DNA of 64,000 nt, from NCBI GenBank assembly GCA_027067055.1, contig JAMOMK010000104.1, forward strand, positions 59,572 through 123,571, given 5' to 3'. Source of the DNA: Lysobacterales bacterium. Its GTDB lineage: Bacteria; Pseudomonadota; Gammaproteobacteria; Xanthomonadales; Marinicellaceae. The translations under genes were made by a program, and so were the position numbers. Of the stretch, positions 39,878 through 51,081 are shown one piece after another (the first letter of the stretch is position 1; each line of letters opens with the position of its first letter). The notes under the pieces are model-generated. The model worked only from the letters and a program-made list of their open reading frames with translations. It was not told where the DNA came from and did no database searches.

Positions 39878-41050
39878 ATGCACAGATCCTCTTTAGATTC
39901 TGTTCTTTTTGCTGGACAAAATAAAGCAATACTCGCTCTTGAAGATGGCACCATCTTTTCAGGAATTTCCATTGGTTTTAACGACAACAGTGTTGGTGAA
40001 ATCGTTTTCAATACTGCCATGTCGGGTTATCAAGAGATATTAACCGACCCTTCCTATGCAGAACAAATTGTCACATTGACCTATGTGCATATTGGCAACA
40101 CAGGTTGCAATACAGCCGATGTTGAGTCTGAAAAACTGCATGTTCGTGGCTTAGTTATTCGAGACTTGCCCAAACTAGCAAGTTCGTGGCGCAATCAAAT
40201 CAGTTTGGACAAGTACCTTGAGAATAACAAAATTGTTGGGATTGCCAATCTTGACACGCGCGAACTCACACGAATCTTGCGTGAAAAAGGCGCGATGAAA
40301 GCCTGTATCATGACTAAAGACATTGATGAGCAAAAAGCTGTTGAACTAGCTCAAGGCTTTGCTGGCTTGGAAAACAAGGATTTAGCCATCGAAGTGACCT
40401 GCAAAGAATCTTATCAATGGAATCAAGGTGGTGAGTTTGATTTATTGACCAATGATTTCAATGAACACCGTAACAATAAACATAAAGTGATTTGTTATGA
40501 TTATGGCGTTAAACACAATATCTTACGCATATTAGTCGATCTTGGTTGTGATATTACTGTTGTTCCAGCTAATACATCAGCAGATGAAGTATTAGCCATG
40601 AAACCAGATGGCATCTTTTTATCCAATGGGCCCGGCGATCCTGCGGCTTGTGATTATGCGATTGAATCAACTAAACAGATACTAAAATCGGGCACCCCTT
40701 TATTCGGAATCTGCTTAGGCCACCAAATACTCGCTTTAGCAAGTGGGGCACAAACTAAAAAAATGAAATTTGGACACCATGGAGCCAACCATCCTGTGCA
40801 AGATTTAGAAACAACCGAAGTGATGATTACTTCGCAAAATCATGGGTTTGCCGTTGATGAAAGCGTTATTCCAGAGAATCTACAAGTGACACACAAATCT
40901 TTATTTGATGATTCAGTACAGGGTATAAAGCGCACTGATTGTTTCGCTTATAGTTTCCAAGGTCATCCTGAGGCAAGTCCTGGCCCACATGATGCCAAAA
41001 AGTTATTTGAACCATTTATTACTGCCATGCAGGAGAAGTCACATGCCTAA
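39878..41050 (+). CDS. carA: Carbamoyl-phosphate synthase small (glutaminase) subunit
   Basis: [20 protein letters not shown], and the GATase triad region GICLGHQ. Confidence 0.9.
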   Translation: MHRSSLDSVLFAGQNKAILALEDGTIFSGISIGFNDNSVGEIVFNTAMSGYQEILTDPSYAEQIVTLTYVHIGNTGCNTADVESEKLHVRGLVIRDLPKLASSWRNQISLDKYLENNKIVGIANLDTRELTRILREKGAMKACIMTKDIDEQKAVELAQGFAGLENKDLAIEVTCKESYQWNQGGEFDLLTNDFNEHRNNKHKVICYDYGVKHNILRILVDLGCDITVVPANTSADEVLAMKPDGIFLSNGPGDPAACDYAIESTKQILKSGTPLFGICLGHQILALASGAQTKKMKFGHHGANHPVQDLETTEVMITSQNHGFAVDESVIPENLQVTHKSLFDDSVQGIKRTDCFAYSFQGHPEASPGPHDAKKLFEPFITAMQEKSHA

Positions 41051-44000
41051 ACGTAATGATATAAAAAGCATTTTAGTATTAGGTGCAGGACCTATTGTTA
41101 TTGGACAAGCCTGTGAATTTGATTACTCAGGTACTCAAGCGTGTAAAGCTTTAATGGATGAAGGTTATAAAGTGATATTGGTGAACTCCAATCCTGCAAC
41201 CATTATGACTGACCCTGAAACAGCTGACAAAATATTTATTGAACCAATTAACTGGCAAACCGTTGCCAAAATTATTGAACAAGAACGTCCTGATGCGTTA
41301 TTACCAACAATGGGCGGACAAACGGCTCTCAATTGTTCATTAGATTTAGTTGCTCGTGGAGTTTTAGAGAAATTCGGTGTCGAAATGATTGGCGCAACCC
41401 GCGAAGCCATTGATATGGCTGAAGACCGTGAGTTGTTTAAAAAAGCCATGACCGAAATTGGTTTAGGTACTCCTACATCCTACCTAGTGCATGATATTGA
41501 AGAAGCACGTGTAGCACAGAAACAAATCGGCTACCCTGTTATTATTCGCCCATCTTTCACCATGGGCGGTTCTGGCGGTGGTATTGCTTACAATTTAGAA
41601 GAATTTGAAACCATTACAGCCAATGGTTTGAAACTCTCACCAACCTCAGAGGTTTTACTTGAAGAATCCTTGCTAGGTTGGAAAGAATTTGAAATGGAAG
41701 TGGTGCGAGACAAAAAAGACAATTGCATTATTATTTGCTCAATTGAAAACCTTGACCCAATGGGCGTACATACGGGTGACTCAATTACTGTCGCACCAGC
41801 ACAAACCTTAACCGATAAAGAATACCAAATTCTGCGAGATGCTTCTTTGGCTGTTTTGCGTAAAATTGGTGTAGATACTGGTGGTTCAAACGTACAGTTC
41901 TCAATCAATCCAGAAAATGGTCGTGTTATTGTCATTGAAATGAATCCACGGGTATCTCGTTCATCGGCTCTAGCCTCCAAAGCCACAGGGTTTCCAATTG
42001 CCAAAGTGGCTGCCAAATTGGCTGTTGGCTACACATTGGATGAATTGCAAAACGAAATAACAGGTGGAGCAACGCCTGCATCCTTTGAACCAAGTATTGA
42101 TTACGTGGTCACCAAAATACCACGCTTTGCTTTTGAAAAATTTGCCAAAGCAGACAATCATCTGACAACACAAATGAAGTCAGTTGGCGAAGTCATGGCA
42201 ATTGGTCGAACCTTTGCTGAATCCTTACAAAAAGCCCTACGCGGTTTGGAAACAGGGTTAAACGGACTGAATCCACTCATTACACAAGAAGATATTGATA
42301 AAGGTTTTGACCTTAACACCGAGTTACGCGAACCAACACAAGATAGGTTGCTTTATGTCGCTGATGCATTTCGTTTGGGCTATGATGTCGATAAATTATT
42401 CACTATTTCTAAAATAGATCCATGGTTTTTAGCAGAAATTGAACACATTATTCATGTCGAAGAAGCGATTGAAAAAAGTGAGGGTATTAATGCCAAACAA
42501 TTTCTTGCCATCAAACAACTTGGCTTCTCTGATAGTCGAATTGCAGAATTAATGGGCAAAGCCGAAAGTGAAGTCACCCAACTTCGCCATGACATGAATG
42601 TTCGTCCTGTTTACAAGCGTGTCGATTCGTGTGCAGCAGAGTTTGATGCTACCACCGATTATTTTTACTCCACCTACGAAGCTCACTGCGAAGCACGACC
42701 AACCAACAATAAAAAAATCATGATTCTTGGCGGCGGCCCCAATCGCATTGGGCAAGGCATTGAATTTGACTATTGCTGTGTGCATGCGGCATTAGCACTT
42801 AAAGAAGACGGCTTTGAAACCATCATGGTCAACTGTAACCCAGAAACCGTTTCCACCGATTATGACACAGCCAATCGCTTATACTTTGAACCCTTAACTC
42901 ACGAAGATGTGTTAGAAATCGTCAACATAGAAAAACCACACGGCGTTATCGTGCAATACGGTGGGCAAACACCTCTAAATTTAGCCAATGGCTTAAAAGC
43001 GGCAGGTGTTCCGATTATTGGTTCACAACCCGAATGCATTGACATGGCAGAGGACCGTGAGTTATTCAAAGCCATGTTAGATAAGCTAAAACTTAAACAA
43101 CCGCCTAATCGTATTGCCAAAAGCGTCGAAGAAGCAGTCGATTTAGCCAACCAAGTGGGTTATCCATTAGTTGTCCGCCCTTCATTTGTATTAGGCGGGC
43201 GGGCGATGGAAATCGTTCATAATGATAACGAACTCAACCGCTATATGAAAGAGGCAGTCAAAATATCCAATGACTCCCCTATTCTACTTGATCGATTTTT
43301 AGATCACGCTATTGAGGTTGATGTGGATATTATTTATGATGGCAAAGATGTTTTTATTGGTGGTATTATGGAACATATCGAACAAGCTGGAGTGCATTCA
43401 GGTGATTCATCTTGTTGTATTCCTCCTTTTTCACTCTCTGATGAAGTGCAAAAAGAATTAGGCAGACAATCAGGCTTAATGGCAAAAGAACTAGGCGTAG
43501 TTGGTTTAATGAATACGCAATTCGCCATTCAAGGTGAGGATATTTATATTTTGGAAGTGAATCCAAGAGCCTCGCGAACCGTGCCTTTTGTCTCAAAAGC
43601 CAGCGGAGTACCCTTGGCTAAAATTGCGGCTCGTTGTATGGCTGGTATCAGCCTAAAACAGCAAAATGTTAAAGAACGTCTAAAACTGAATCATTTTTCC
43701 ATCAAAGAACCGGTATTCCCATTTTTAAAATTTCCAGGTGTTGATCCAATTTTAGGACCGGAAATGCGATCAACCGGTGAAGTCATGGGCATAGGTAAAA
43801 CCTTTGGTGCCGCTGTTGCTCGCGCAAAGCAAGCAAGTGACACATCTATGCCATTGCAAGGAACCGCATTTATTTCTGTGCGTGAAGCCGATAAACAGCA
43901 AGTTATTCCCCTAGCTAAAACATTACAAGACATGGGTTTTGACTTAGTAGCAACCAGTGGAACTTGTCAATTATTGCGAGATAATGGCTTGTATTGCGAA

Positions 44001-44255
44001 AGAGTGAATAAAGTTTTGGAAGGCAGACCACATATAGTTGACAAAATTAAGTCAAAAGAAATAGAATTCATCATTAACACAACCGAAGGCTCTGGAGCCA
44101 TATCGGATTCATATTCTATACGTCGCGAAGCTCTGCAACAAAATATAAATTATTCCACCACTATCTATGGTGCTGCAGCAACATTGGAAGCGTATAAGTA
44201 TTTAAATAAACAAGAAATATATTCACTTGATGAATTACATGATTTAAGTGAGTAA
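41043..44255 (+). CDS. carB: Carbamoyl-phosphate synthase large subunit
   Basis: Start at ATG 41043 ([32 protein letters not shown]), 8 nt overlap with carA. Duplicated ATP-grasp halves and an MGS-like C-terminus. Confidence 0.95.
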   Translation: MPKRNDIKSILVLGAGPIVIGQACEFDYSGTQACKALMDEGYKVILVNSNPATIMTDPETADKIFIEPINWQTVAKIIEQERPDALLPTMGGQTALNCSLDLVARGVLEKFGVEMIGATREAIDMAEDRELFKKAMTEIGLGTPTSYLVHDIEEARVAQKQIGYPVIIRPSFTMGGSGGGIAYNLEEFETITANGLKLSPTSEVLLEESLLGWKEFEMEVVRDKKDNCIIICSIENLDPMGVHTGDSITVAPAQTLTDKEYQILRDASLAVLRKIGVDTGGSNVQFSINPENGRVIVIEMNPRVSRSSALASKATGFPIAKVAAKLAVGYTLDELQNEITGGATPASFEPSIDYVVTKIPRFAFEKFAKADNHLTTQMKSVGEVMAIGRTFAESLQKALRGLETGLNGLNPLITQEDIDKGFDLNTELREPTQDRLLYVADAFRLGYDVDKLFTISKIDPWFLAEIEHIIHVEEAIEKSEGINAKQFLAIKQLGFSDSRIAELMGKAESEVTQLRHDMNVRPVYKRVDSCAAEFDATTDYFYSTYEAHCEARPTNNKKIMILGGGPNRIGQGIEFDYCCVHAALALKEDGFETIMVNCNPETVSTDYDTANRLYFEPLTHEDVLEIVNIEKPHGVIVQYGGQTPLNLANGLKAAGVPIIGSQPECIDMAEDRELFKAMLDKLKLKQPPNRIAKSVEEAVDLANQVGYPLVVRPSFVLGGRAMEIVHNDNELNRYMKEAVKISNDSPILLDRFLDHAIEVDVDIIYDGKDVFIGGIMEHIEQAGVHSGDSSCCIPPFSLSDEVQKELGRQSGLMAKELGVVGLMNTQFAIQGEDIYILEVNPRASRTVPFVSKASGVPLAKIAARCMAGISLKQQNVKERLKLNHFSIKEPVFPFLKFPGVDPILGPEMRSTGEVMGIGKTFGAAVARAKQASDTSMPLQGTAFISVREADKQQVIPLAKTLQDMGFDLVATSGTCQLLRDNGLYCERVNKVLEGRPHIVDKIKSKEIEFIINTTEGSGAISDSYSIRREALQQNINYSTTIYGAAATLEAYKYLNKQEIYSLDELHDLSE

Positions 44256-44278
44256 ACTACAAGATAAGAGGATAGAAA

Positions 44279-44752
44279 ATGGCATTAGCTCCATTAACTG
44301 CAACTGGTGCAGAACGATTAAAAAAAGAACTTAAAAGACTGAAAACAGAAGAAAGGCCGCGTATTATTGAAGCCGTTGCAGAAGCACGTGCTCATGGTGA
44401 TTTAAAAGAAAACGCAGAATACCATGCAGCACGTGAAGAACATGGCATGAACGAAGCGCGTATCAAATATTTAGAAGGCACCATTTCAAATGCTCAAATT
44501 ATTGACATCCATAGCTTGAATGTTGGTGACAAAGTGGTATTTGGTGCAACAGTTACACTAGAAGATGATGATGAAAATGAAGTGACTTATCAGATTGTTG
44601 GCGATGTTGAGGCGGAAATTGAAAAAGGTCAAATCTCCATTTCTTCACCTATTGCACGGGCTTTAATTGGTAAAGAGTTAGATGATGAAGTCGAAGTACA
44701 AACACCAGGTGGCAATAAAACTTATTACATCATTAAAGTTAAGTACATATAA
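44279..44752 (+). CDS. greA: Transcription elongation factor GreA
   Basis: [26 protein letters not shown] and the FKBP-like C-terminus. Confidence 0.9.
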   Translation: MALAPLTATGAERLKKELKRLKTEERPRIIEAVAEARAHGDLKENAEYHAAREEHGMNEARIKYLEGTISNAQIIDIHSLNVGDKVVFGATVTLEDDDENEVTYQIVGDVEAEIEKGQISISSPIARALIGKELDDEVEVQTPGGNKTYYIIKVKYI

Positions 44753-44755
44753 ATT

Positions 44756-45298
44756 TTATTTGAATTTATTACAAAAAAACCCACTTGGCAAAAGTGGGTT
44801 TTTCATTTGCAGGGTGCTACTTAGTGCCCCACCAAAATCAAGCATTAATTCTTTGATTTTATTTTCTGACTTTTCAGCTCTCATTGCATACCAGCTGATG
44901 ATTTCACTATCACTCATTGAGTCAAGGGATGTCGCTATCGCGCGGTAGGTATTAACCCGGAACCCGGTAATCAATGGGGTCAAAGCATTTGATTTACCTT
45001 CCTTTTTTATGAATTCAACGCTTCTTTTGAGCCTTGCCTTTAAAGGAGCTATAGAGGTCAACACCCTTAAATGCCAAGTCATTGTTTTAATTAAATATTT
45101 GACAACAAATTGACAACATCTATAAAAGCTTTCTTGATTAATAAAAAAACCACCGCTAGGGTTGTGTTTGATATAAGTTTGAAGACGTGACATTTCTGCT
45201 CTAATTGCATGGTGTGAGAGGTCTTCGAACTTGAGTTTAACAAAAATGATTAATGTTATCCAATTGTATTTAATCAATTGGTGGAATAAAGTTTTCAC
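44756..45298 (-). CDS. Hypothetical 180-aa ORF downstream of Fic; its last 15 codons are encoded by the greA terminator hairpin
   Basis: ORF only; may be spurious or a gene remnant. Confidence 0.3.
   Translation of the reverse strand: MKTLFHQLIKYNWITLIIFVKLKFEDLSHHAIRAEMSRLQTYIKHNPSGGFFINQESFYRCCQFVVKYLIKTMTWHLRVLTSIAPLKARLKRSVEFIKKEGKSNALTPLITGFRVNTYRAIATSLDSMSDSEIISWYAMRAEKSENKIKELMLDFGGALSSTLQMKNPLLPSGFFCNKFK
44772..44801. terminator. Bidirectional intrinsic terminator (A-run, ACCCACTT-ggca-AAGTGGGT, T-run) after greA
   Basis: Read directly. Confidence 0.6.
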
Positions 45299-46415
45299 TT
45301 TCTAATTGCTGAATCAACCCTCTCATAAGATAGTTGTTTTGAAATGATACATAATATTCTCGACCTTTTTCCTTGGTTGGCGATATTAATTTGCTAGATT
45401 TCAGCTTAGCTATTAATAAAGTTATTTGCCTTGTTGATAAGTTGAGTTTTAATTTGCTTATATCAAGTGATTTGAATGTTTGTTTTACAACTCCCATTTT
45501 CAATACCTTTGCTTCTGTAGCAGTAATTAACTCGCGTTCACGCCCTTTACTAATAGCTGGTTTAAGAATGTTTGCGACCAAGTAATCATGGTCAAGTAAC
45601 TTATTGATTTTTGAAATTTCAGCACTGACACCTGTTAGCACATACTCGCACCATTGAAGCATCGAATCTTCAGTTCCTCTATCTGCAATTGATAGCATTT
45701 TATAATACATATCTCTATCGTTACAAAAAACAGCGGTAGGATTGAGTAATTGTCCATCTTGCACCCTAAATCCATATTTAATCAATAAAGCGTAAGTCAA
45801 TAGCCTAACCACACGACCATTGCCATTACCAAATGGATGAATCCAAACGAACCTATGGTGGGCAATAGCCACTTTTATTAAATCAAATTTTTCTTTATTA
45901 TCATCATTGATAAAGTCAACCAACTCGTCCATGTAAGGTTGAACCATATGTGGTTCAGGTGGCGTATGTTTTGATTGTGAAATATCAACTTGCCATGACC
46001 GGTAAGCACCTGGGGTTTTATCGCCTTCATTTTTTAAATTTGTAACAGTAAGTTGATGCAATTCTCGAATGAAGTGATTAGTGATAGGAGTTCCAGTTTC
46101 AATGCTTTGTTCGATATATTCCATTGCACGTTCTACATTGGCAATTTCCTTAAATGTATCAGTAGAATTTTCCTTTTGTTCAATCTTAGTTTCAATGTAT
46201 TCAGATATGGTTGTTCTATTGCCTTCAATACGTGCAGAACCCACACTTTCCAGTAAATGAAATATCTTTTTTAACTGAAAAAATAGATAAGGTGATGTTG
46301 TGCCCCGTAATTGTGAACGTCTAAGATAATTCAACTCCATAATTGCATCTAGCAACTTAGAATCAAATGCTGGGCTGACTAATTTTAGTTCGTTTTTTGT
46401 ATTGTTTGTAGTCAT
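45270..46415 (-). CDS. Fic/DOC-family protein (AMPylase-type)
   Basis: Fic motif HPFGNGNGRVVR (HPFx[DE]GNGR). Confidence 0.8.
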   Translation of the reverse strand: MTTNNTKNELKLVSPAFDSKLLDAIMELNYLRRSQLRGTTSPYLFFQLKKIFHLLESVGSARIEGNRTTISEYIETKIEQKENSTDTFKEIANVERAMEYIEQSIETGTPITNHFIRELHQLTVTNLKNEGDKTPGAYRSWQVDISQSKHTPPEPHMVQPYMDELVDFINDDNKEKFDLIKVAIAHHRFVWIHPFGNGNGRVVRLLTYALLIKYGFRVQDGQLLNPTAVFCNDRDMYYKMLSIADRGTEDSMLQWCEYVLTGVSAEISKINKLLDHDYLVANILKPAISKGRERELITATEAKVLKMGVVKQTFKSLDISKLKLNLSTRQITLLIAKLKSSKLISPTKEKGREYYVSFQNNYLMRGLIQQLESENFIPPID

Positions 46416-46626
46416 AATATTTGCAATTATTTACTTAGATAATTAACATTATTTACCATATGTTTAAATTTTATATACATATATAGTAGATACTATATTG
46501 ATATCATTGATTATTTTACCATAAGGACAATGAATTTATTTACGTTATATCGTAACATTAAGTACATTAACGGTATACTTTATTTACAATTTATACAGTT
46601 ATTTGTATTTGACAATACATGACTAA

Positions 46627-47210
46627 GTGTATCTTATAAGTTACAATACCCAAATGATTGAAATTATCAAATATGCAGCAGAACATGACTGGTGTCCTTT
46701 TGATATTTGGTTAGATGGTTTAAAAGATCTAAGAGCAAAGGCTCAAATACTGGTAAGGTTAAATAGGCTAGAACTAGGTAATGAAGGTCATTGGCGGTCA
46801 GTTGGTAAGGGCGTTAGAGAATTAAAAATATCAGTCGGCAAAGGCCTGTACAGAGTGTAAAAGTATTCTGATGACGAGTATAAATGGCATAAAATACGCT
46901 ACTATTACTGCGTATCGTCCTTGATACTTGCCTACATCCATGTAGGTTTACATGAAAATCCTTTCCATAAGGATTTTTCGTTGAAAAACTTGGAATTAGC
47001 CAGCTAGTCACAGCGCTTTCCACCTCTATTAGCGAACTTTCTACTCATTTTTCTTTCGCCCCATAATACTTTCACATTCTGTATTGGGTTTATTATGGTT
47101 GGACTGGTAAAGAAATCGTTTTATTATTATGTGGTGGTGATAAATCCACGCAAGACAAAGACATTAAAAAAGCCAAACAATATTGGAGTGATTACAATGA
47201 GCAAAGCTAA
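46627..47210 (+). pseudogene. Disrupted HigB/RelE-superfamily toxin ('addiction module killer', COG3657-like)
   Basis: The first 77 codons are intact (..RAKAQILVRLNRLELGN..VGKGVRELKISVGKGLYRV) and then hit a stop. The homologous C-terminal segment ..TGKEIVLLLCGGDKSTQDK.. reappears about 240 bp downstream in another frame. A further frame change precedes ..KKAKQYWSDYNE, which overlaps the antitoxin start. Confidence 0.55.
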
Positions 47211-47481
47211 AGCATTTAAAACAAGTGATTATTTAAAATCAAATGAAGACAGAGCCGAATATTTAAAAGCCATCATGGCACAAAATAATGAAGGCTTGCT
47301 AATGCTTGCCATTCGTGAAATCATTGATTCTATGGGTGGTATTGGCAAACTAGCTAAGGAAACTGGTTTAGCAAGGGAAAGTCTATACCGTACATTTAGC
47401 AAAAAAGGAAACCCAACTTATAATACTTTATTCAAAGTATTGGATAATATCGGTTTACAATTGAGTGTATCAGTTAAATAG
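47197..47481 (+). CDS. HigA-like HTH antitoxin ('addiction module antidote protein', COG3636-like)
   Basis: MSKAKAFKTSDYLKS.EDRAEYLKAIM.. followed by an HTH (LAKETGLARESLYRTFS). Start at ATG 47197. Confidence 0.7.
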   Translation: MSKAKAFKTSDYLKSNEDRAEYLKAIMAQNNEGLLMLAIREIIDSMGGIGKLAKETGLARESLYRTFSKKGNPTYNTLFKVLDNIGLQLSVSVK

Positions 47482-47610
47482 TTTTCTTACACTATTAATA
47501 GCATTAATTAAGGTTTGCAAATGGTGAAAATTAAAAATAATTGTTGGTATATTTGTTGGTATAAAATTATATTAGCACTGAATTTATGTTGAAAAACAAG
47601 GACTTGTGAC

Positions 47611-47663
47611 AAAAAATGGTGCCCGGTCTCGGAATCGAACCAAGGACACGAGGATTTTCAATC
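47611..47663 (-). repeat. attR: 53-bp direct repeat containing the 3' 47 nt of tRNA-Phe (a duplicate of 54523-54575)
   Basis: Exact match read by eye: aaaaaatggtgcccggtctcggaatcgaaccaaggacacgaggattttcaatc at both sites. Confidence 0.85.
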
Positions 47664-47845
47664 ACAAAATGCCAATAATTCATAACAAACAACAACTAAT
47701 AAAAACATATAATACAATAGGTTACAATAATTTAATTGTTATATTTTATTATCTTTTATTACCACAATTTATACTTAATTGTGGCACGAGTGTGGCATTC
47801 TCTTAGCTTGTTATTTAATAAATATTTTTTATGTATGTTAATTAC

Positions 47846-49708
47846 TTATTTACTTATTGCTTTTACTATTCTATCTGGGTTAATCAATACATCACGCAGT
47901 AATAATTTATACGGAAACTGTTTATGTTTGTTAGATTTCTTAAAACTCTCAAATATTTTAATTAGTGATGATGCAGTCATTAGTGATAAATCTAAGTCGC
48001 TATCAAGTTCACAGTCCTCTATAAAATCATCACTGAAATCTGGTGCAATTAATAACATTTTTCTTACTTCAAAATTATGTTTCTTAGCTAATTCATAATA
48101 AGCTTTTAGTTGTCTAGAGACTGATGAAAATTTATTATATCCACTCTCCTTAATGGTTTTACATTCTATAATGATGTAGTCATTGTTTTCTAAATTAATA
48201 AGAATATCCATTTTATCTTTTTTAGTATTTATTTTCTTTCTTAGTGATTCATCAACATTAAAACCTAATTTCTCAAAAATATCTTTTGTAAGCTCTTCAA
48301 ATTTTATTCCAAGTTCGCTTTCCTTAATTTTAATGCCATTTTCCTTTAAAGCATTTAAATTTCTAAAACCAATATTTTCAAAGTTTTCAAAATATAAATT
48401 CTCAGTATCTCTATAATTATCTAGTATATTTAAAACCTCATCCCCTCTTTTCTTAATATCATTTTTCTCACAAAAATCTAACAACTCCTTATGCTTTGTC
48501 AGATAAAGAATATCTCTAGGTTTAATATTGTAATCAAGTAATAATGTACTTTTTAAAACAAACTCCTCTTGTAACTCGAATGCTTCTTTAATTTGCTTAT
48601 TCAGTTTAGGCAAAGTTCTATTTAAATCCTGTAATAGTTTCTCATAACCATCTATTGAAATTCCAACTTTCTCATCTTTTTCTTTGCTTTCAAAATAATT
48701 AATTAAGTTGATAATTTTATCATCCAATGTAATACCTTTGAGTACGGTTTTTGAATTTGAAATTTTACTCCAAATATTATTAACATATTTCTTTTTGGTA
48801 GTTAAATTTGTTCCTTCCTTATGGACTGAACTTGTTAATATAGTTGTAAGATTAACACCTTCTTTTATAACTTCTTCAATTTTATCTTCTGCACTTAATA
48901 GTTTATTAATATTATGTTTTTTGGCAATTATATTAATTTCAGGAATTCTAAAGTTTTTCAAAACTCTTCTTAAATATTTATCAGCAACATCTTTTCCTCT
49001 GATTTTTCTTAGAATTTTAACCATTTCATCAGCAACATAAATTGTATTCAATTTCTTAGAAAAGAATATCACACCAATATTTTTAAGGTTATTAATTATC
49101 TGAATGATATCCATTTTAATAATTGGAATAACCCTATAGTTAAGTAACTTTATTTCTTCTTGTGATAGTTCAAGCTTTTTTGATAGTGTGATTAGAATGG
49201 ATAATTCATCATCTGTAATTTTTGAATCTCTATTATTTAACAAATCATTTTTATATGCAGTAGTTACACATGAGTGGTAAATACTATAATCTCTTTTTCT
49301 TTCATATGTTAATTCTGATTTTTCATCCTTAATTGATACCTGAATATCTTTAACTTTTTTCTTTAGGTTCTTTAATTCTTTGTCATACAATCTTGAAAAC
49401 CAATCCAGTTTCATAATATTGTTGCCATCTTTAGCAATGATATCTATTAGAATGTCTAGTTGTGATGATGTATCAATAAATTCATCTTTGATAGATTTTG
49501 CGAATTCATTTGCAATTAATTGGAATATTTTAGAAATATTTAAGCTATCAAATGACTTTAATCCTTTGTCTGAAGAGCTAATGATTTTATTTATTTCTTT
49601 GAAGTTTTTCGGCTTCTCTTTTTCACTAGATATAATATTGTCAATTATTTTTATGAATGCATTTTTTTCTAGAGAACCTAAGTTATCCAATATTTTTTCA
49701 AGTTTCAT
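47846..49708 (-). CDS. Large orphan protein (620 aa from the ATG with an AGGGA RBS) with a C-terminal PD-(D/E)xK nuclease-like motif. Candidate defence cargo.
   Basis: C-terminal ..NDYIIIECKTIKESG.. (D-x-ExK). Extremely AT-rich, Lys/Asn/Ile-rich. No other recognisable domain. Confidence 0.6.
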   Translation of the reverse strand: MKLEKILDNLGSLEKNAFIKIIDNIISSEKEKPKNFKEINKIISSSDKGLKSFDSLNISKIFQLIANEFAKSIKDEFIDTSSQLDILIDIIAKDGNNIMKLDWFSRLYDKELKNLKKKVKDIQVSIKDEKSELTYERKRDYSIYHSCVTTAYKNDLLNNRDSKITDDELSILITLSKKLELSQEEIKLLNYRVIPIIKMDIIQIINNLKNIGVIFFSKKLNTIYVADEMVKILRKIRGKDVADKYLRRVLKNFRIPEINIIAKKHNINKLLSAEDKIEEVIKEGVNLTTILTSSVHKEGTNLTTKKKYVNNIWSKISNSKTVLKGITLDDKIINLINYFESKEKDEKVGISIDGYEKLLQDLNRTLPKLNKQIKEAFELQEEFVLKSTLLLDYNIKPRDILYLTKHKELLDFCEKNDIKKRGDEVLNILDNYRDTENLYFENFENIGFRNLNALKENGIKIKESELGIKFEELTKDIFEKLGFNVDESLRKKINTKKDKMDILINLENNDYIIIECKTIKESGYNKFSSVSRQLKAYYELAKKHNFEVRKMLLIAPDFSDDFIEDCELDSDLDLSLMTASSLIKIFESFKKSNKHKQFPYKLLLRDVLINPDRIVKAISK

Positions 49709-49842
49709 TTTACTATCCCTTTTTATAATATGACCTCTAAAACAATAAATTTCACAAATATAGAACAATAAATTTTTGATTTAGTGGATGTTCATTCCAA
49801 GTATATCATATAGAAATTAAATTATTAATAATATTGAAGATG

Positions 49843-50361
49843 TCATTTTCCGTTTGTAAGTGCAGAAAGAGACTTTTCTATCATCTTTTGGCTCTCAGCT
49901 CCCATTTCTTGCCATTGTTCAATGCTTAATGGCTCTGTGGTGACTATGTAGCCTGTTTCCCTTACATTTGTTGTAATATTTGAATCAATAGCTTTACGGC
50001 TTGCCCATTGCTCGGGTTGACGGTTATTAAGCCAATATATGCACGCTACTACATCAGGCGGATAGTGTTTAATGAATGGTGTCTTGGTTATTTTACCTTG
50101 ATAGTTGCTTATATGGGTTTCTTCATGGCTGTATCCAATGGCACGTTCTGCCAGTGCCCTTTCAACTTTCCTATCAAAATCTTGTTTACTTCTTTTTAAG
50201 GACTTGCAAAACTCTGGATATTTTATTTTCCATCGGTTTATTGTTGACTCATTCACATTGAAAAATTCACCAATTTGGTAATCAGTAAAACCATGTAAGC
50301 ATAGATTGCTTGCTTGCTCTATGTATTCTGTTTTAAATTTTGTTGGTCTTGTCATATTCAT
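49843..50361 (-). CDS. Phage terminase small-subunit-like protein (Terminase_2-like HTH)
   Basis: MTRPTKFKTEYIEQASNLCLHGFTDYQIGEFFNVNESTINRWKIKYPEF resembles TerS N-terminal HTH domains. Confidence 0.55.
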   Translation of the reverse strand: MNMTRPTKFKTEYIEQASNLCLHGFTDYQIGEFFNVNESTINRWKIKYPEFCKSLKRSKQDFDRKVERALAERAIGYSHEETHISNYQGKITKTPFIKHYPPDVVACIYWLNNRQPEQWASRKAIDSNITTNVRETGYIVTTEPLSIEQWQEMGAESQKMIEKSLSALTNGK

Positions 50362-50604
50362 TTTTATTGTTCATTAAATTATAGTTGTTTTTTTGGAAGC
50401 AAGGGCTGTTAAACCCTTGCCATAGGTTTTTATGTGGTTAGTGGCTTTTCTATTTAATCCAATGCCAATTTTTTAATAATCCTTTCACATTGCTTTAGGA
50501 TGCAAGCCTTTTTAATTAAAGGCTTTGCTAGTGATTTATACTAGCGTGACTTTAACTGTGGCTTAGCTAATACAAAAACTAAAACAATATTAAGGGATTA
50601 TTTT

Positions 50605-51081
50605 TTATAAAATATTTACCTCCCTTACTAAACTGTATTTCATTTGCTCAGGATATAACTGTTGCTTATAGTCTTTTAATACGAAACCAACTGTAATTTC
50701 AATCGGTTGTTGTTGTAGCTTAGTTATAGGTATTTGGTCAAACCTGACTTTGGGATGTAATGGTAAAAGCTTATAGAAATCTTTGAGGAAATCACCTCTC
50801 GGCTTTACTATAAATTTACCTTTATTACGTGCTTTACCTTTTAGCTTTTTGACGTTGTAATATTTGGCTATATCAATACCAAAATATTCACCCTCGGTAA
50901 TTGTATAAATCAAAACAACTTTAGGTTGTTTAAATAATGTACCAGTAAACCACGTTTTCATAACGGCTTCATATTTGCCTTTTGGGATTAATGGAAGGTC
51001 TCCATTTTGTATATTATTGGTATCGTATGTGGTACAATCCAAATCAGAATGCAGTGGTATAACATTTGAAGTCTTTTTCAT
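50605..51081 (-). CDS. Hypothetical island protein (158 aa)
   Basis: ORF within the island; overlaps the next gene by 4 nt. Confidence 0.45.
   Translation of the reverse strand: MKKTSNVIPLHSDLDCTTYDTNNIQNGDLPLIPKGKYEAVMKTWFTGTLFKQPKVVLIYTITEGEYFGIDIAKYYNVKKLKGKARNKGKFIVKPRGDFLKDFYKLLPLHPKVRFDQIPITKLQQQPIEITVGFVLKDYKQQLYPEQMKYSLVREVNIL

Noticed and set aside
41165-43933. Several 60-140-aa ORFs antisense to carB
   Set aside because: They lie inside a highly conserved, well-supported gene on the other strand and are typical spurious frames.
44756-45298. Treating the 180-aa ORF as a confident gene
   Set aside because: Its last 15 codons are the greA terminator hairpin. It is kept only as a low-confidence feature.
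46858-47101. Terminal inverted repeats for the toxin-disrupting insert
   Set aside because: Only a trivial shared 6-mer (ATTCTG) was found at the two ends, with no convincing TIRs or target-site duplication by eye.
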